Assembly: GCA_024679065.1 (NCBI GenBank)
Contig: JAGIQG010000001.1
Span: 125,612,001-125,676,000, forward strand
Reading direction: 5' to 3'
DNA from: Sphyrna mokarran
Taxonomy: Eukaryota
Length of the DNA stretch: 64,000 nucleotides
Under the pieces are notes generated by a model, which made no database searches, was not told where the DNA came from, and saw nothing but the letters and a program-made list of their open reading frames with translations. Position numbers and translations under genes: made by a program. Of the stretch, positions 52,545-64,000 are shown one piece after another; positions within the stretch are counted from its first letter, which is position 1; each line of letters begins with the position of its first letter.

Positions 52545-53310
52545 CAGTAAAGTTTTACAACACCAATTTTAAATCCAACCAATTTATTTGACAGTAAATC
52601 CGCAAGCTTTTGACACTACGTGCCTTCGTCAGGCAAATGCAGTGTTCTGATCTGCAGAGGCACTCATATTCACACAGACAGTCACAGATTGCTGATTAGA
52701 ATGCGAATCCTTACATCTAACCTGCTATTCACGTGTTAAAGTGGCTAACAATGTGTGTGAAGGGAATCCTGAGCATTGGTTAGAGAATTGTGTATTTTCT
52801 CCAGACAGCACAGTAAGTGAGGTTTTTTGCTAACCCAGGCAAGTTATGGGTGTTACAGATAGTGTGTCATGAAGCCAAGATCCCTATTAAGACCGTCCTC
52901 ATGTGTGCGGAACTTGGCTATCAGTCTCTGCTCAGCAACTCTGCGCTGTCGTGTGTCACGAAGGCCCCCTCGAAGAACATTTACCCGCAGGTCGGAGGCC
53001 GAATGCCCATGACTGCTGAAGTGTTCGCCCACAGGAAGGGAACTGTTTTGCCTGGTGACTGTTGAGCGATGCTCATTCATCCGCTGTCGTAGTGTCTGCA
53101 TGGTCTCCCCATTCGCATTCTAATCAGCAATCTGTAACTGTCTGTGTGGATATGAGTGCCTCTGCAGATCAGAACACTGCATTTGCCTGACGAAGGCACA
53201 TAGTGTCAAAAGCTCGCGGATTTACTATCAAATAAATTGGTTGGATTTAAAATTGGTGTTGTAAAACTTTACTGAGTTTACCTCAGTCCAACGCCGGCAT
53301 CTCTACATCA
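52545..53310 (-). mobile_element. 5'-truncated Penelope-like element with inverted pLTR and TSD
   Basis: Open GIY-YIG C-terminus GETMQTLRQRMNEHRSTV...PVGEHFSSHGHSASDL...AEQRLIAKFRTHEDGLNRD (52853-53110); 52545-52708 inverted relative to 53111-53274; direct repeat cagattcatacc at 52533-52544 and 53309-53320. Confidence 0.9.
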
Positions 53311-53329
53311 GATTCATACCACCAGGGTT

Positions 53330-53740
53330 AAAAGGTTACAAATCTGAAATTGAGATATTAGAATTTTTTTTCCATTGGAGCCATAAAGTTTGTACAAAAG
53401 ACCTGAATAAGATCTTCAGGATTACACTGAGGTTGTTGTAGGTAAATAGTGATAGATTCTTTTTACATATAGTTGAAATGTGGTACAAATTTAAAGTAAT
53501 CATGAATAAAGAGGTCAGGAGTTAAAAAAAATCTTTAGGCAAGGATAGTTAGATTATAGAATTCACTGGCACAAACTGCTCTTAAAGTATGGTCCATAAA
53601 TTCTTTTCAAAGGGGATTAGATAGTGGCTTGAAAAAGATTATTAGAGAAAGGAATGAGGAAAGAGAGCAGGAGAGAGTGGAATTAAACCAGTTGGCTTGT
53701 GAAGATAAATATCAGCACAGACATGAAGGCCTGAAATAAC
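53330..53740 (+). mobile_element. Old CR1 3' fragment
   Basis: Degraded match to the CR1 RT C-terminus and 3' UTR (aaatttaaagtaat...ttaggcaaggatagttag...). Confidence 0.5.
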
Positions 53741-56229
53741 TTTCCAGGAAAGCAAAAGGGAGGTAAATTGGCAGAAAAAAGGAAGTGTTAAAAATTTAAA
53801 CATAATGGTGATATTCAACACTGAGGAAATCCCAACTGTGCTAGAAATCTGAATAAATCAGTGAAACTGACAGCTGGTCCTCCTGACCATTTCCCATATG
53901 GTGAGTTTCCAATATTCTGGGTTATGCAAAGAAGTGCTGACTGACATGAAGGAGCAATATCTGAAGGAAAAGAAGAAAATCAGAGAAAGGGCTAACTACA
54001 AAGTTTAAGCGACCAGATCAACATGGTGTTTGCATCAAGAGATGGGAACACTTGGTCTGTGTTCTCTTAATATTTTGTGTTAAATTGCCTAGAGTAAAAG
54101 AATAAAAATATGAACGTAGGAATAGCTTTCAAAATAAGAGGGGAACATGCTTTTCTAAACATAAAGGTCGATCACTTTCATTCTTTCATTCAATAATGTC
54201 TTTTGGCTGGCAGCATCCCGAATTATGCTAATTTCTAAAATGATTAATGCATTTTAAATTCCTTTTACAATCGCTGTTCCAATTTACAATAACCCCGAAG
54301 CAGATTACTTCTCACAAACACAGACAGTACTTGAGCCATTCACTAGAAACAGACAGTAGGTCAGTAGGTCCCAGCTGGTGACGGCACTCTCTCTGGTATT
54401 AACTCTCTGCTGTGGAAGAGGGAAGAAAGGGGGTTGGGTGAGGTTTCATCGTACCACAGTTTCTATCAACTCAGTGTTAGCAATCATGAGCTCAGCAACA
54501 TGCACACCCCACCTCCCCCAACTTTATCTGACCATCTGTTTCAGCTGCCCAAATACAAGTTAATCTGTTATTAGATACGGAGGGTGATGCTACATCTGCT
54601 CTTTCTTTTAAAAGAGTACGCTAACACTCTGCTTTATGTGTTTGCAAAAAAAAAGATAACAAGTCAACAGTTTTGCTTGATTCATGTAAAAGAAGCATTG
54701 TGTAATGGATGTATGGAAGTCAATCCAGTTGTAACTTTTCAATTCAATGAGATGAATCTGGAATTACATGCAAATATTTGATCAATGTGCTGCCAGTACA
54801 TTCCTGAAAGTGTATACAGAAAAGAGATGGGTGTAGAGATGATTGCACTATGTAGAACTATTAACTGAAATATGTGATAAAAACTATGACCCTGCTGTGA
54901 TGTCATATTTTACATAAAAATCATGTCCATTTGCAAACACATGCAGGTTCACTTTGACCAACAATCCTCCCTTAATACATCAGAAAGTAAACCCATTTAC
55001 ACTTCAATATATACTAATATTTATATTTAATAAATGCACAGGCTAACAAGACATGACTGTGTCACAGTCATGTCAGATGAGATAAACTGTGTATTTAAAT
55101 CATGAAATATTAACCAAGCAAAAGACTATGTTTCAATTTTTCTCCTTAAACAAAATAGTGGGCTTAATTATTTTTCTCATACTGGAATGCAATCAAATGA
55201 ATGGCAGCAAGGGGATAGATCAATTACCATGCTGCTTCCCAATCCACAGAGCCATGAAGTTGGAGTACTGAGCCCACATACTGCACTCCTGCCCTTGCTG
55301 GCTCTATTGCAGGAGGCGGCAGTTCAAGCCATCCTCCCACCCCCATCCCACACCTGCCCCCATCCTTGCTATGTTCATGGATTTGGGTCCCTTCTTAAAT
55401 AGATGTGGCTCAAGGCTCCTTAGATTAGTCATGAACCTTGGGGGATCTGCAGTCCCAAAGTGGGTAACAAAAGAACACCCATCTGAAGCTGAAATCCTTC
55501 AATTGTCAGGCTATTCTTTAGAACTCTTTTTGTTTCAATAGATTCCCTTCGCGCTGTAATGGCTTGCTTGACAGCTGAGCCTGTTAGGAAAGCTTGGCTG
55601 AATTTCAACAGCTAATGAAGCACTTATCTCAGCAGGGGTCATGTACACAGTTTGACTTACAGTTTTCCAATACTATTGAATGATTACCTGTCTTTGCTGT
55701 GTTTACTGCATATAAGTTTATTTCTGTAACTGAACGGTCACTTGAACAGAATTAAGTTTTTCTTTTTGGGTCTTTTTTTTCCCTATTCAGTAATACATAC
55801 TGTGTTTGAAAGACAGTTAATATTAAGACAGCTGTTAGATTGTTAGAGGTTTAATGTTTTTATATGTCTATTTCAATGGATTTTCATTGTTATTATATTT
55901 ATATAGCAGATAACAGATGAGCGGCTATAGAGGAAGCATGGGGCACATAGGAGAGATGGGGAAAGGGCGAAGGGTTTGAGGGCATTATGTTCATTAAAAC
56001 TGGGCTGGTGTTCCAGTAAATGGAGATGGGCCTTCTAGCTTGCTGGCTTTGCCAAATCCCTGTTTTATTGCCACCTCAGGCCATATCTGAAAGCTATGGA
56101 GGCTAGTCTCCATTCTGACCCTTAGATATAGTGGGTGAGGGCCTCCTTAACAGAAACGGGTTTATGGAGTTGGAAACATTACCATCTCACACTTCCCAAT
56201 ACTTTGATGAGAATCTGGCCCATTAGGAC

Positions 56230-58445
56230 AGAGAGATAAATCTTAGTCAATGAGGTAGATTTTAAGCAATGTCTTAAATAAAGGAAAAGAGGTGGAGTCT
56301 TTATGAGAGGGAAATTCGGACATTAGAGCTGAGACAGCTTAAGGCATGGCCACCAAAAGTTTAGCAAAGGAAATTAGGGTTGTACAACAGGCCAACATTG
56401 GATAAGTGCTTACATCTCAGAGAGTTCCAAAAATAGAAGAGATTGCAGAGATAGGGGGTAAAAATTGACAATAGATCAATTTTGATCAGTGAGCAGGTGA
56501 ACATAATGAGTTTGTTTAAATTCATTTATGGGTTTGGGTGTCATCAACGGTATTCAGCATTTATTATCCTCAGTGAATTCGAGAATAGTTTAAAGTCAGT
56601 CACATTGCTCCATATCCGGATACAGGGAAAGGACAGAATCATCCACTTCAGCCCTAATTCCCATGGTGGGACCAGGAAGTCAGAAAAATTTCTGCTGCAG
56701 AGCCTACTGCAAAAACCCATCAAATTCCATGATGCTGGGCTCATTAGTTATGCAGTTGGGATTCACCCAGTGCCAACAGATTCTCACCCACCTAACCTAT
56801 GCATCTCCCAGCCCCCTTTACCTAAATCCATTTCCTCCCACTACCAGTATATTTCGGTATGGTCTTCATGGCTACAAATTCTACTGTCCGTCCTTCGAAA
56901 TCCTTCCTCCCCATCCCTGTCCTTTGGTGTCCCGACAGCCCTTGCATCACTCCTAGGTCCGTTCCTTCACTGCCCTTTTTCCCCACTACCCCCAAACCAA
57001 AATCCCCTAAGAATTACACGCCCCAATCTGGCATCCTTATCCAGCCCACTTATTTCTGTCCCTCCTTCCCACTTTCTTGTGCTCCAAGAACGTTGCTGCT
57101 AACAATCTGTTTGACATGCACCTTGCATCTTCTCCAACCGCCCACCTTCTCCAACTGTCCACCTGTTCCAATTGCCCATTCTACTAAATACTGCCATGTG
57201 CACACATGTTGGTACTCCTCCCACCATGGGCTGCTTTATCAGACAGTGTAGGGGAAAAGGAACACTTCCAGTCAGGCGGACACTTGAATCCCGTCAAAGG
57301 TATGATAAACAGCTTCCTGATGAACTTTGGTGGGAATGTTGACCTGCTATTATCTCAACATGACAGTCGGGACCACAGATTTTTCACCATCATGAAACTG
57401 ATTTTTCCTATCCGACTGTATTGTCTGCTCCTACCTGTCATGGATCCTGCTACAGGTGGAAGGAGTTGATTTCACTCAGAGTTTGAATGTTCTCAGGTTT
57501 ATGGAGCATGCAAGATTGGAGACTGGCCAGGAGGGTACTGAAATAGTTCCACACCAAGCACACACCATCCTGATATCGCTGTTCCTTCACTGTTACTTGG
57601 TCACCATTCTGTGACTCTCTCCCTGACAGCACTGTGAGTACTACATGGACTGTAGAGATTCAAGCAACTGGCTCATCACCACTTTCTCCAGATCAATTAG
57701 GTTGGGCAATATCCCACGAAATAATGTGTCATGAAATAATTAAAAATATAGCCAAATCTGGAGATAACAAAAGCATGGATGTGTCTTCCAATAAAAGTTG
57801 AGCTGAAGCTTGGGTAAAAACTGACTTGTTACAGAGGTGGAGGTAGGTGCTCCTGGTGCGTCTACAGCTTAAATAGGACTCCCAGGTTGAAAAGAACTAA
57901 GGACGAGATTAGCCACAGTTGCAAATTGCCCATGTTTGAAACAAGCATGAACACCACAGATACCAATTCAAATTAATTGGACAGTGCAATAAGCTCATCA
58001 AATTGCAGAACTTGCTAAATTCTCCCACAGCATCTTGTATCTTAGACACCATTTCTCCAAATGGTAAGTTAAATCTGAAACTCTTCACCCCCAAAATGCT
58101 GTTGTGGTTAAAAAAAGGCTGAGATTTTTGTTAGGATAGCGGCTAGTAAATGGAATGGAGGGGCATATCATCCAGGATTGAACTGAATGCAATAACTGAA
58201 TCTCTGAATATAAATTGAGTATTGAATAAGACACCGAACAGCACAGAGACTGTGATAAGCTCAAAAGAGGAAATACAAAGATATTGCTGGGTGCCATCAT
58301 CGTATATATGGAAGCTGACCTAATGTATGTGAAACATGTTGTCAAGGGGGAGCATAAAGGCAAAGAAGAAGAGGGGTCACAGGGTAGATCCTGGTAAATT
58401 CTTTGAGGGGATTTATTCTTTATGTTTTGTCTTGGCCTTGTCACT
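56230..58445 (-). mobile_element. Fragmented L2 LINE (minus) with CR1 pieces inserted (about 56520-57720)
   Basis: Minus peptide PGSTL*PLFFFAFMLPLDNMFHIH*VSFHIYDDGTQQYL (RT, YADD-like) at about 58280-58400; CR1 3' end on plus at 57500-57720. Confidence 0.6.
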
Positions 58446-58899
58446 CTACAAAGTTCTCACATTTGAAACGAAAATGGCATGTTCTGACTTCTGTCCTAAG
58501 AAGTATTGATATAGAACAGTAAACTTCTGATGGGCAAAGACTAGGGATAGAAACATGAGTTGCCTTTTGGTAGGCAAGTTTAAGAATTATTTGATGTAAA
58601 TATAAAAATGTTTGAAAATTGGAAAGAATGAGATTTTTGGATCACAGATGGTTTTCAGTTTAACTGACTGAAACCCATCAGTTTGTTTAAGCATCAAACT
58701 ATAATCTTAAATGCATGAAATAGAAGTAGGTTTCTATTCATTTGTCAGTTCTGTCATACAAAAAAAACAACTGATTTGATTCAGGATATGGCCCATTACA
58801 GTACAGTTTTTATTTTTCATTTTGGCAGGAGGTTTGAGATAACATCAGCATTATTGTGCTTCATCGAAAACTGAGATTACAGCAAGGGGATACGAAACT

Positions 58900-59640
58900 C
58901 CCCTGACAATTCTTCAATTTCTTGTCTGCTGTTCCTCCCCTTTCCACCTGCTCTGGTAATGTTCAAAACTTCAAAAGTTTGGCTCATCAAACTTGAAGCT
59001 TGCCAGATCTAATTGTTAATCACTGTGAATTCAATCTGGTTCCTGTGCACAGGGTCCTGAGTGCCTTTGCAGCCATGGCGTCCATTGCTGACTCAACAAT
59101 TTGGCAAACAGGCAAGATTTATTATCTGGATTCATTGGTGGAAAAGCATGTTATTAAACCGACAATGTTATTATACTGACAATCAAAAATGTTAACCACC
59201 TAATGGTCCAAAATTCATCATGTGCTACGGATCCAGATTATTACTTTGGAAATCTATGGACTAAGTGCAAATTCAAGTTAATTTCATCCATAATCTTCTT
59301 CACAATGTAAAAGGAATTCCTGAGCAGTTCTCCAAGAAATGCAGCATATAATTGTAATGGGCACAACGGGATATCCCCAACTGGATACTGTGTATCTTGG
59401 CTGGCATTCTCCCTAATGTGAGTCCAATACTCATTCTCAGACTTCCTATTCCATGTATTGTGCTGATGAAGATACTGAACATTTTTGCTGGAGTTCTTTC
59501 AGACTCCTCTTCAAAGGCAGCCAGCCGTTCCCTTGATCCAAAATTTCATCTGTACACCAAGAACAGTGGTAAACTGTGTTTTGCTCCACTATCACTATTA
59601 TTGCCTTCCCATCAGTTTACACCTTGCGTCTTATCGACCT
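58900..59640 (-). mobile_element. Highly degraded non-LTR APE endonuclease relic (RTE-like)
   Basis: Minus peptides QLYAAF...FYIVKKIMDEI...LV, DCQYNNIV, HRNQIEFTVINN, in APE-domain order. Confidence 0.4.
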
Positions 59641-59689
59641 GATAGACACGTCTTGTGAATGGGAGTAAGGTGGCTGGGGCAGGAGTAGT

Positions 59690-60320
59690 AAGGCAGCTGC
59701 AGCCTTGTTAGTGGGAATGTTGGGGAGTGGGTGAAGAGATGGGGAGAGAGGTACTGAGCCTACAGCTGGGGTAGTGAGAGTGTTGGGAACGGAGTGGGTG
59801 AAGGGACGGGGGAATGGTATGAAGCCTGCAGCTGGGGTAGTGGGACCATTGGGGAGGTGGGTGAAGGGATAAGCGAAGTGGTACAGGTCCTGCAGCTGGG
59901 GTAGTGAAAGTGTTGGGAATGGAATGGATGAAAAGACAGGGAGAGCGGTATAGATTCTGCATTTGGAGTAGTGGGAGCATTGGGGGGGGAGGTGAAGGGA
60001 TAGGGGGAATGGTACAGATACTACAGCTGGGGTAGCAGGAGGGTTGGGGGAAGTGGATGAAAAGGCAAGCTCAAATGGCTAGGTGACCTACTCCTGCTCC
60101 TATTTCTTATGCTCTTATGTTCTTAAGAGACGGGGGGCGTGGTACAGATCCTCCAGCCGAGGTAGCGGGAGTGTTTGAAGGGAGTAAGTGAAGGCACAGC
60201 GGGAGTGGTACAGATACGTAGCTGGGGTAGTGGAAGTGTTGGGAAGGAGTGGGTGAAAGGACTGAGGGGGAGTGGTACAGAGCCTGCAGCTGGGATAGTG
60301 GGAGTGTTGGGGAGTGGGCA
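59690..60320 (+). repeat. G-rich ~65-bp minisatellite, ~9 degenerate units, interrupted by a CR1 tail (about 60065-60125)
   Basis: Unit approximately gcctgcagctggggtagtgggagtgttggggagtgggtgaagggacgggggagtggtacaga. Confidence 0.85.
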
Positions 60321-63057
60321 GCTTTGAGGCAGGTTAGGACTAGTTCAAGATTTAAAATATTTTCACATCCCACCCTATCTCAGCCCACTTTGTTTTTGTG
60401 ATTAAAGTTACTCCTTGTATTTCAGAGCTCTGTCTATTGAGTGTGGACTGGATGGCTGGAGAATGGACAATATATTAGACCCATGAAAAATTGAGAAATC
60501 CTTAGGCAACAGCACACTATCAGAAGCCAAAGAAGTCATTCTTTAAATATGCAGAGTAGGACCCACTATTATCTTTATCAAATATCCCAGCAAGGGAACA
60601 ATTGTGTCTTCACCCAGATAAAGCTGTTGACTATTGCAGGGAAGGGCAGAAGAGGTCTAACACATTTTAAAATTTATTTGAAATGTCCTTACGGACTGGG
60701 TGGAATAGGTGAGTTCCACACTTGAAGCTTCAAAGCGGAACCTTGTCACAACTGCTCTCCTACCTCTCAATCTTGGGCATTTCCCTCTCTTCCCATCCAC
60801 AACTCTTGCCGAGGATTGTTGCCCTGGAAGTAACCTTTGAACTGGCCTACTTTTAACAATTGGGCAGCTGCCACCCCACTGATTTTCCAGCTGTTCTGAT
60901 CGGGAAATCAATAAGCAGGGTGCAAAAGTCAGATTGACCTTCCCTGTTACTGTACTGGAATGGACCATTGAGTCACTAGACCATGTTGCTGCCTGACCGG
61001 TAAAATCCACCTCACTGCCCTGATCTTTGTGCTCAATTCCAATTCAATAAAATTATTAGATTTAGATGATCCTATTTTGACATTAGCATCTCCAAGACTC
61101 TACATCAGAGTCATTCTCCAACGAAGAACACTAATTCATAGCAGGAACACTCAAATGCTGATCTAATTTTATTGAAATCCAGTCAGAACAATTCCATGGA
61201 TTGGCATAGTATAGCTCAGAATAAACAGGCCTTAAGGCCAAAATGGTCCATGTCAGTGTTTGTGCTCCACACAAACCTTGTCCAACTCCCACGTTTACCT
61301 AGTTCTATCAAATTAATTTTCTATTCCTTTCTCCTTTAAATTTGGTTCCTTTTAAATGCATCTATGTTATTCACTTCAATTCCTCCTGTGAAGTAGTTAC
61401 ATTCTAATCACTGAGATGGATAAAGAAGTTCCTCCTGAACTCATTATTGGATTTATTAGTGACCATCTTAAATTTAAGCATGACACGCCAGCAATTTCTC
61501 ACTGGCAGGATCTTTGGCTCCTGCCAACGGCGACCCTCCAATCACAGGTTCCTTTGCTCTCTAGGGTGTGTAAAACAGGAAACCTTGCTAACAGTGCAGG
61601 TCCAGAAGATCCAGCCAACGGCAGGCTGTCTCTACCATTGCAATACACTTCACTGGGGTCATAGAAGTCCTGCCTACTGTATCTGTACTGATACAGTTGG
61701 AGCCCTGAATGTGTACATTCTAACAGCCGTCTGTTGGGAATGGTCCTACCTCTGGAGATTCTGCCAAAGTTCCAGTGAAGATCAAGAGAACCTCCCATGA
61801 AAATTCAGGCACATAGTTATACAGAAATCAAGCTTCTTCACAATAGAAGGCATCACCTAAAGATATTACAACAGTCACTAATCCAGTTACGTGATTGTGG
61901 GGGGAGGGGGGGCACTGTGACTGATATGGAACAAAACACCCTTCTTACTTAATAGGAAACAGCTGAGATTGCAGTTTTCTGTAGCCCTGGAAATAAGCAT
62001 AATAAGTTCACAACTCAAAATAAATCTAGTTGTAAAAATGGCAGAATCAGAAAAAAATAAAAACTTAAAATCCTCTAGTTCTTTTTGAAAGCTAGCATAT
62101 TATTGGATTGAATCTCAATAGATAACTGTAATTTTTAAAAAGTTGGACCTGAAAAGCGGAAAGTAACTAGTCAATTCCTGCTTTCAGAAATCCAGAATGG
62201 AAAAATACAATCTGTAGAGCTTTAAGCCAGTAAGATAGGCTTCCAGCCTATCTACTAAAAAAGCCACAGAGAGTTTCCATGTTCTTAAATAATTCAGTGC
62301 TGCCAACATCAGTTTTATGGTTTCAATTGTTTTGAAAAAATCATCACTTCCTACAGTTTTGGAAGTGTTCCAGCTTGCAGGGAAGCTTTTTGGAAAGGAT
62401 TGAAAGTAAATCCTGTTGCACCACTCACTTCTCAACTCTTACTAACAACTTTGTCAGCCCTTTTTGAAAACAAATGCTTTTCTTCAATCCAAAAGGCCAC
62501 TCATGATGTAACCCTTTCGTGCACAGTTTCCTATGTGCTGATGACTATTGTGACATCCGATAGGTTTCAGGCAAGAATAAGAGATCTCAAGTGAATAAAG
62601 GCATTCAGGCAACAGCTAGTGTTTTGCTCTATCGCTTTCAAAATGAGTAGCACCTTCAAAAGATGTCAAGTATTTTAATGGTCAACAAAAGTCGGTTGCT
62701 CCTTTTTCATCATAACTGGCAAAAAAACAGCTTTAAAACTGTTGATACACCACATTATTTTACTGCAATGACAGTTTTCCCCAGTGGTCAATATTGCCGG
62801 GCATTAAGCTTCACTTCCAATGGATATATTGTCTGCTAATGGTCACTTAGGGACAATGCTGTACCACAGTCCACTCTTCAATTTCTACACACTACCACCC
62901 AGTGGCAAGAATCAAACACTACAATAATAACAGGTTATAATTTGGTCTAAATATTTATTTTTTAAGTACATGTTATAAGCAGAGACTATATGGTCAACTT
63001 CAAACAATTATTCATTTCACTGAGACAATGGTGGGATTTAATGGCCTTGCTTGTCCC

Positions 63058-63853
63058 AAAATGTGGAAAAGTGTGAGGTAATGCACTTTGGCAGGAACAA
63101 TAAATGTGTAGAGTATAGGGCTAATGGTAGGGCTCTTAATAGTGTTGAGGAACAGAAGGATCTTGGTGTATGTGTCAATAGATCCCTGAAAGTAGGCAGT
63201 CAAGTGGATAAAGTTGTTAAGAAGGCATATGGAGTCTTAGCTTTTATTGGTAGGGGGATTGAATTTAGGAGCCGCAGCATCATGTTGCAACTGTACAAAA
63301 CTCTAGTGCGGCCGCACTTGGAGTATTGTGTGCAGTTCTGGTCCCCACATTATAAGAAAGATGTGGAGGCATTGGAGAGGGTACAGAGGAGGTTTACCAG
63401 GATGTTGCCTGGTATGGAGGGCAGGTCCTATGAAGAGAGGTTGAAGGATTTGAGGTTGTTTTCGTTAGAAAGGAGGCGGCTAAGAGGGGATCTTATTGAA
63501 GCATATAAGATGATTAGAGGTTTAGATAGGGTGGACAGTGATAGCCTTTTTCCTAGGATGGAGAAAGCTAGCACGAGGGGACACAGCTTTAAATTAAGGG
63601 GTATGAGTTATAGGACGGATATCAGAGGTAGGTTCTTTACTCAAAGAGTGATTAGGGAGTGGAATGCCCTGCCTGCAGCTGTTGTAGATGCGCCAAGTTT
63701 GGTGGCGTTTAAGAGGTTAATTGATAAGTATATGGAAGAGAAGGGAATGGTTTAGTTTGGAGGGGCATTGCTTTTTATTTTGGTCGGCACAACATCGAAG
63801 GCCGAAGGGCCTGTTCTGTGCTGTATTGTTCTATGTTCTATGTTCTATGTTCT
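63058..63853 (+). mobile_element. Young 5'-truncated CR1 (HER1-like) LINE with open RT C-terminal ORF
   Basis: ORF 63051-63755 (KCEVMHFG...LYKTLVRPHLEYCVQFWSP...RRLRGDLIEAYKM...FFTQRVIREWNALP) is uninterrupted; (ttctatg)n tail. Confidence 0.95.
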
Positions 63854-63959
63854 AAAACTGTAAAATCCCACCGAAGTCAATGCATCTTCCCATTGTCCGC
63901 CCTTCTCCTGCTCTAATCTCCACGGTGGGTGGGGCATAAAATTCCGATAACTGTCTCAA

Positions 63960-64000
63960 GGTTACACAGTGGCACAGCGGTTAGCACTGCTGCCTCATAG
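63960..64000 (+). mobile_element. V-SINE tRNA head, cut by the window end
   Basis: gtggcacagcggttagcactgctgcctca. Confidence 0.7.

Noticed and set aside
56482-57102. 206-aa plus ORF
   Set aside because: Spans several unrelated repeat fragments; the Pro/Ser/Leu-rich translation is typical of pyrimidine-rich antisense TE sequence.
59690-60320. CRISPR-like array
   Set aside because: Vertebrate DNA; whole units are homologous with no unique spacers, and there are no cas genes.
62184-62435. 83-aa minus ORF, considered as a possible endogenous viral fragment or exon
   Set aside because: No motif I can recognise and no supporting splice sites.

Overview
Eukaryotic genomic DNA, almost certainly from a shark or other elasmobranch. 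It carries HE1-type V-SINEs with CR1/HER1-like tails, a Deu-domain SINE, CR1, L2, RTE and Penelope retroelements, and Harbinger-derived elements. The only host coding sequence I can confidently recognise is the first coding exon of an AFAP1 (actin filament-associated protein 1)-type gene on the minus strand (exon 8009-8137; [42 protein letters not shown]). Most of the window therefore appears to be intronic or 5' to that exon and is packed with nested transposable elements. The most notable structures are: two TSD-flanked Penelope insertions with inverted pseudo-LTRs carrying minimal hammerhead-ribozyme cores; a fold-back composite element that has captured Penelope ends; several unexplained exon-like segments upstream of the AFAP1 exon; and a G-rich ~65-bp minisatellite. 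I see no convincing evidence of a wholly new biological system. All calls come from reading by eye, and repeat boundaries are approximate.
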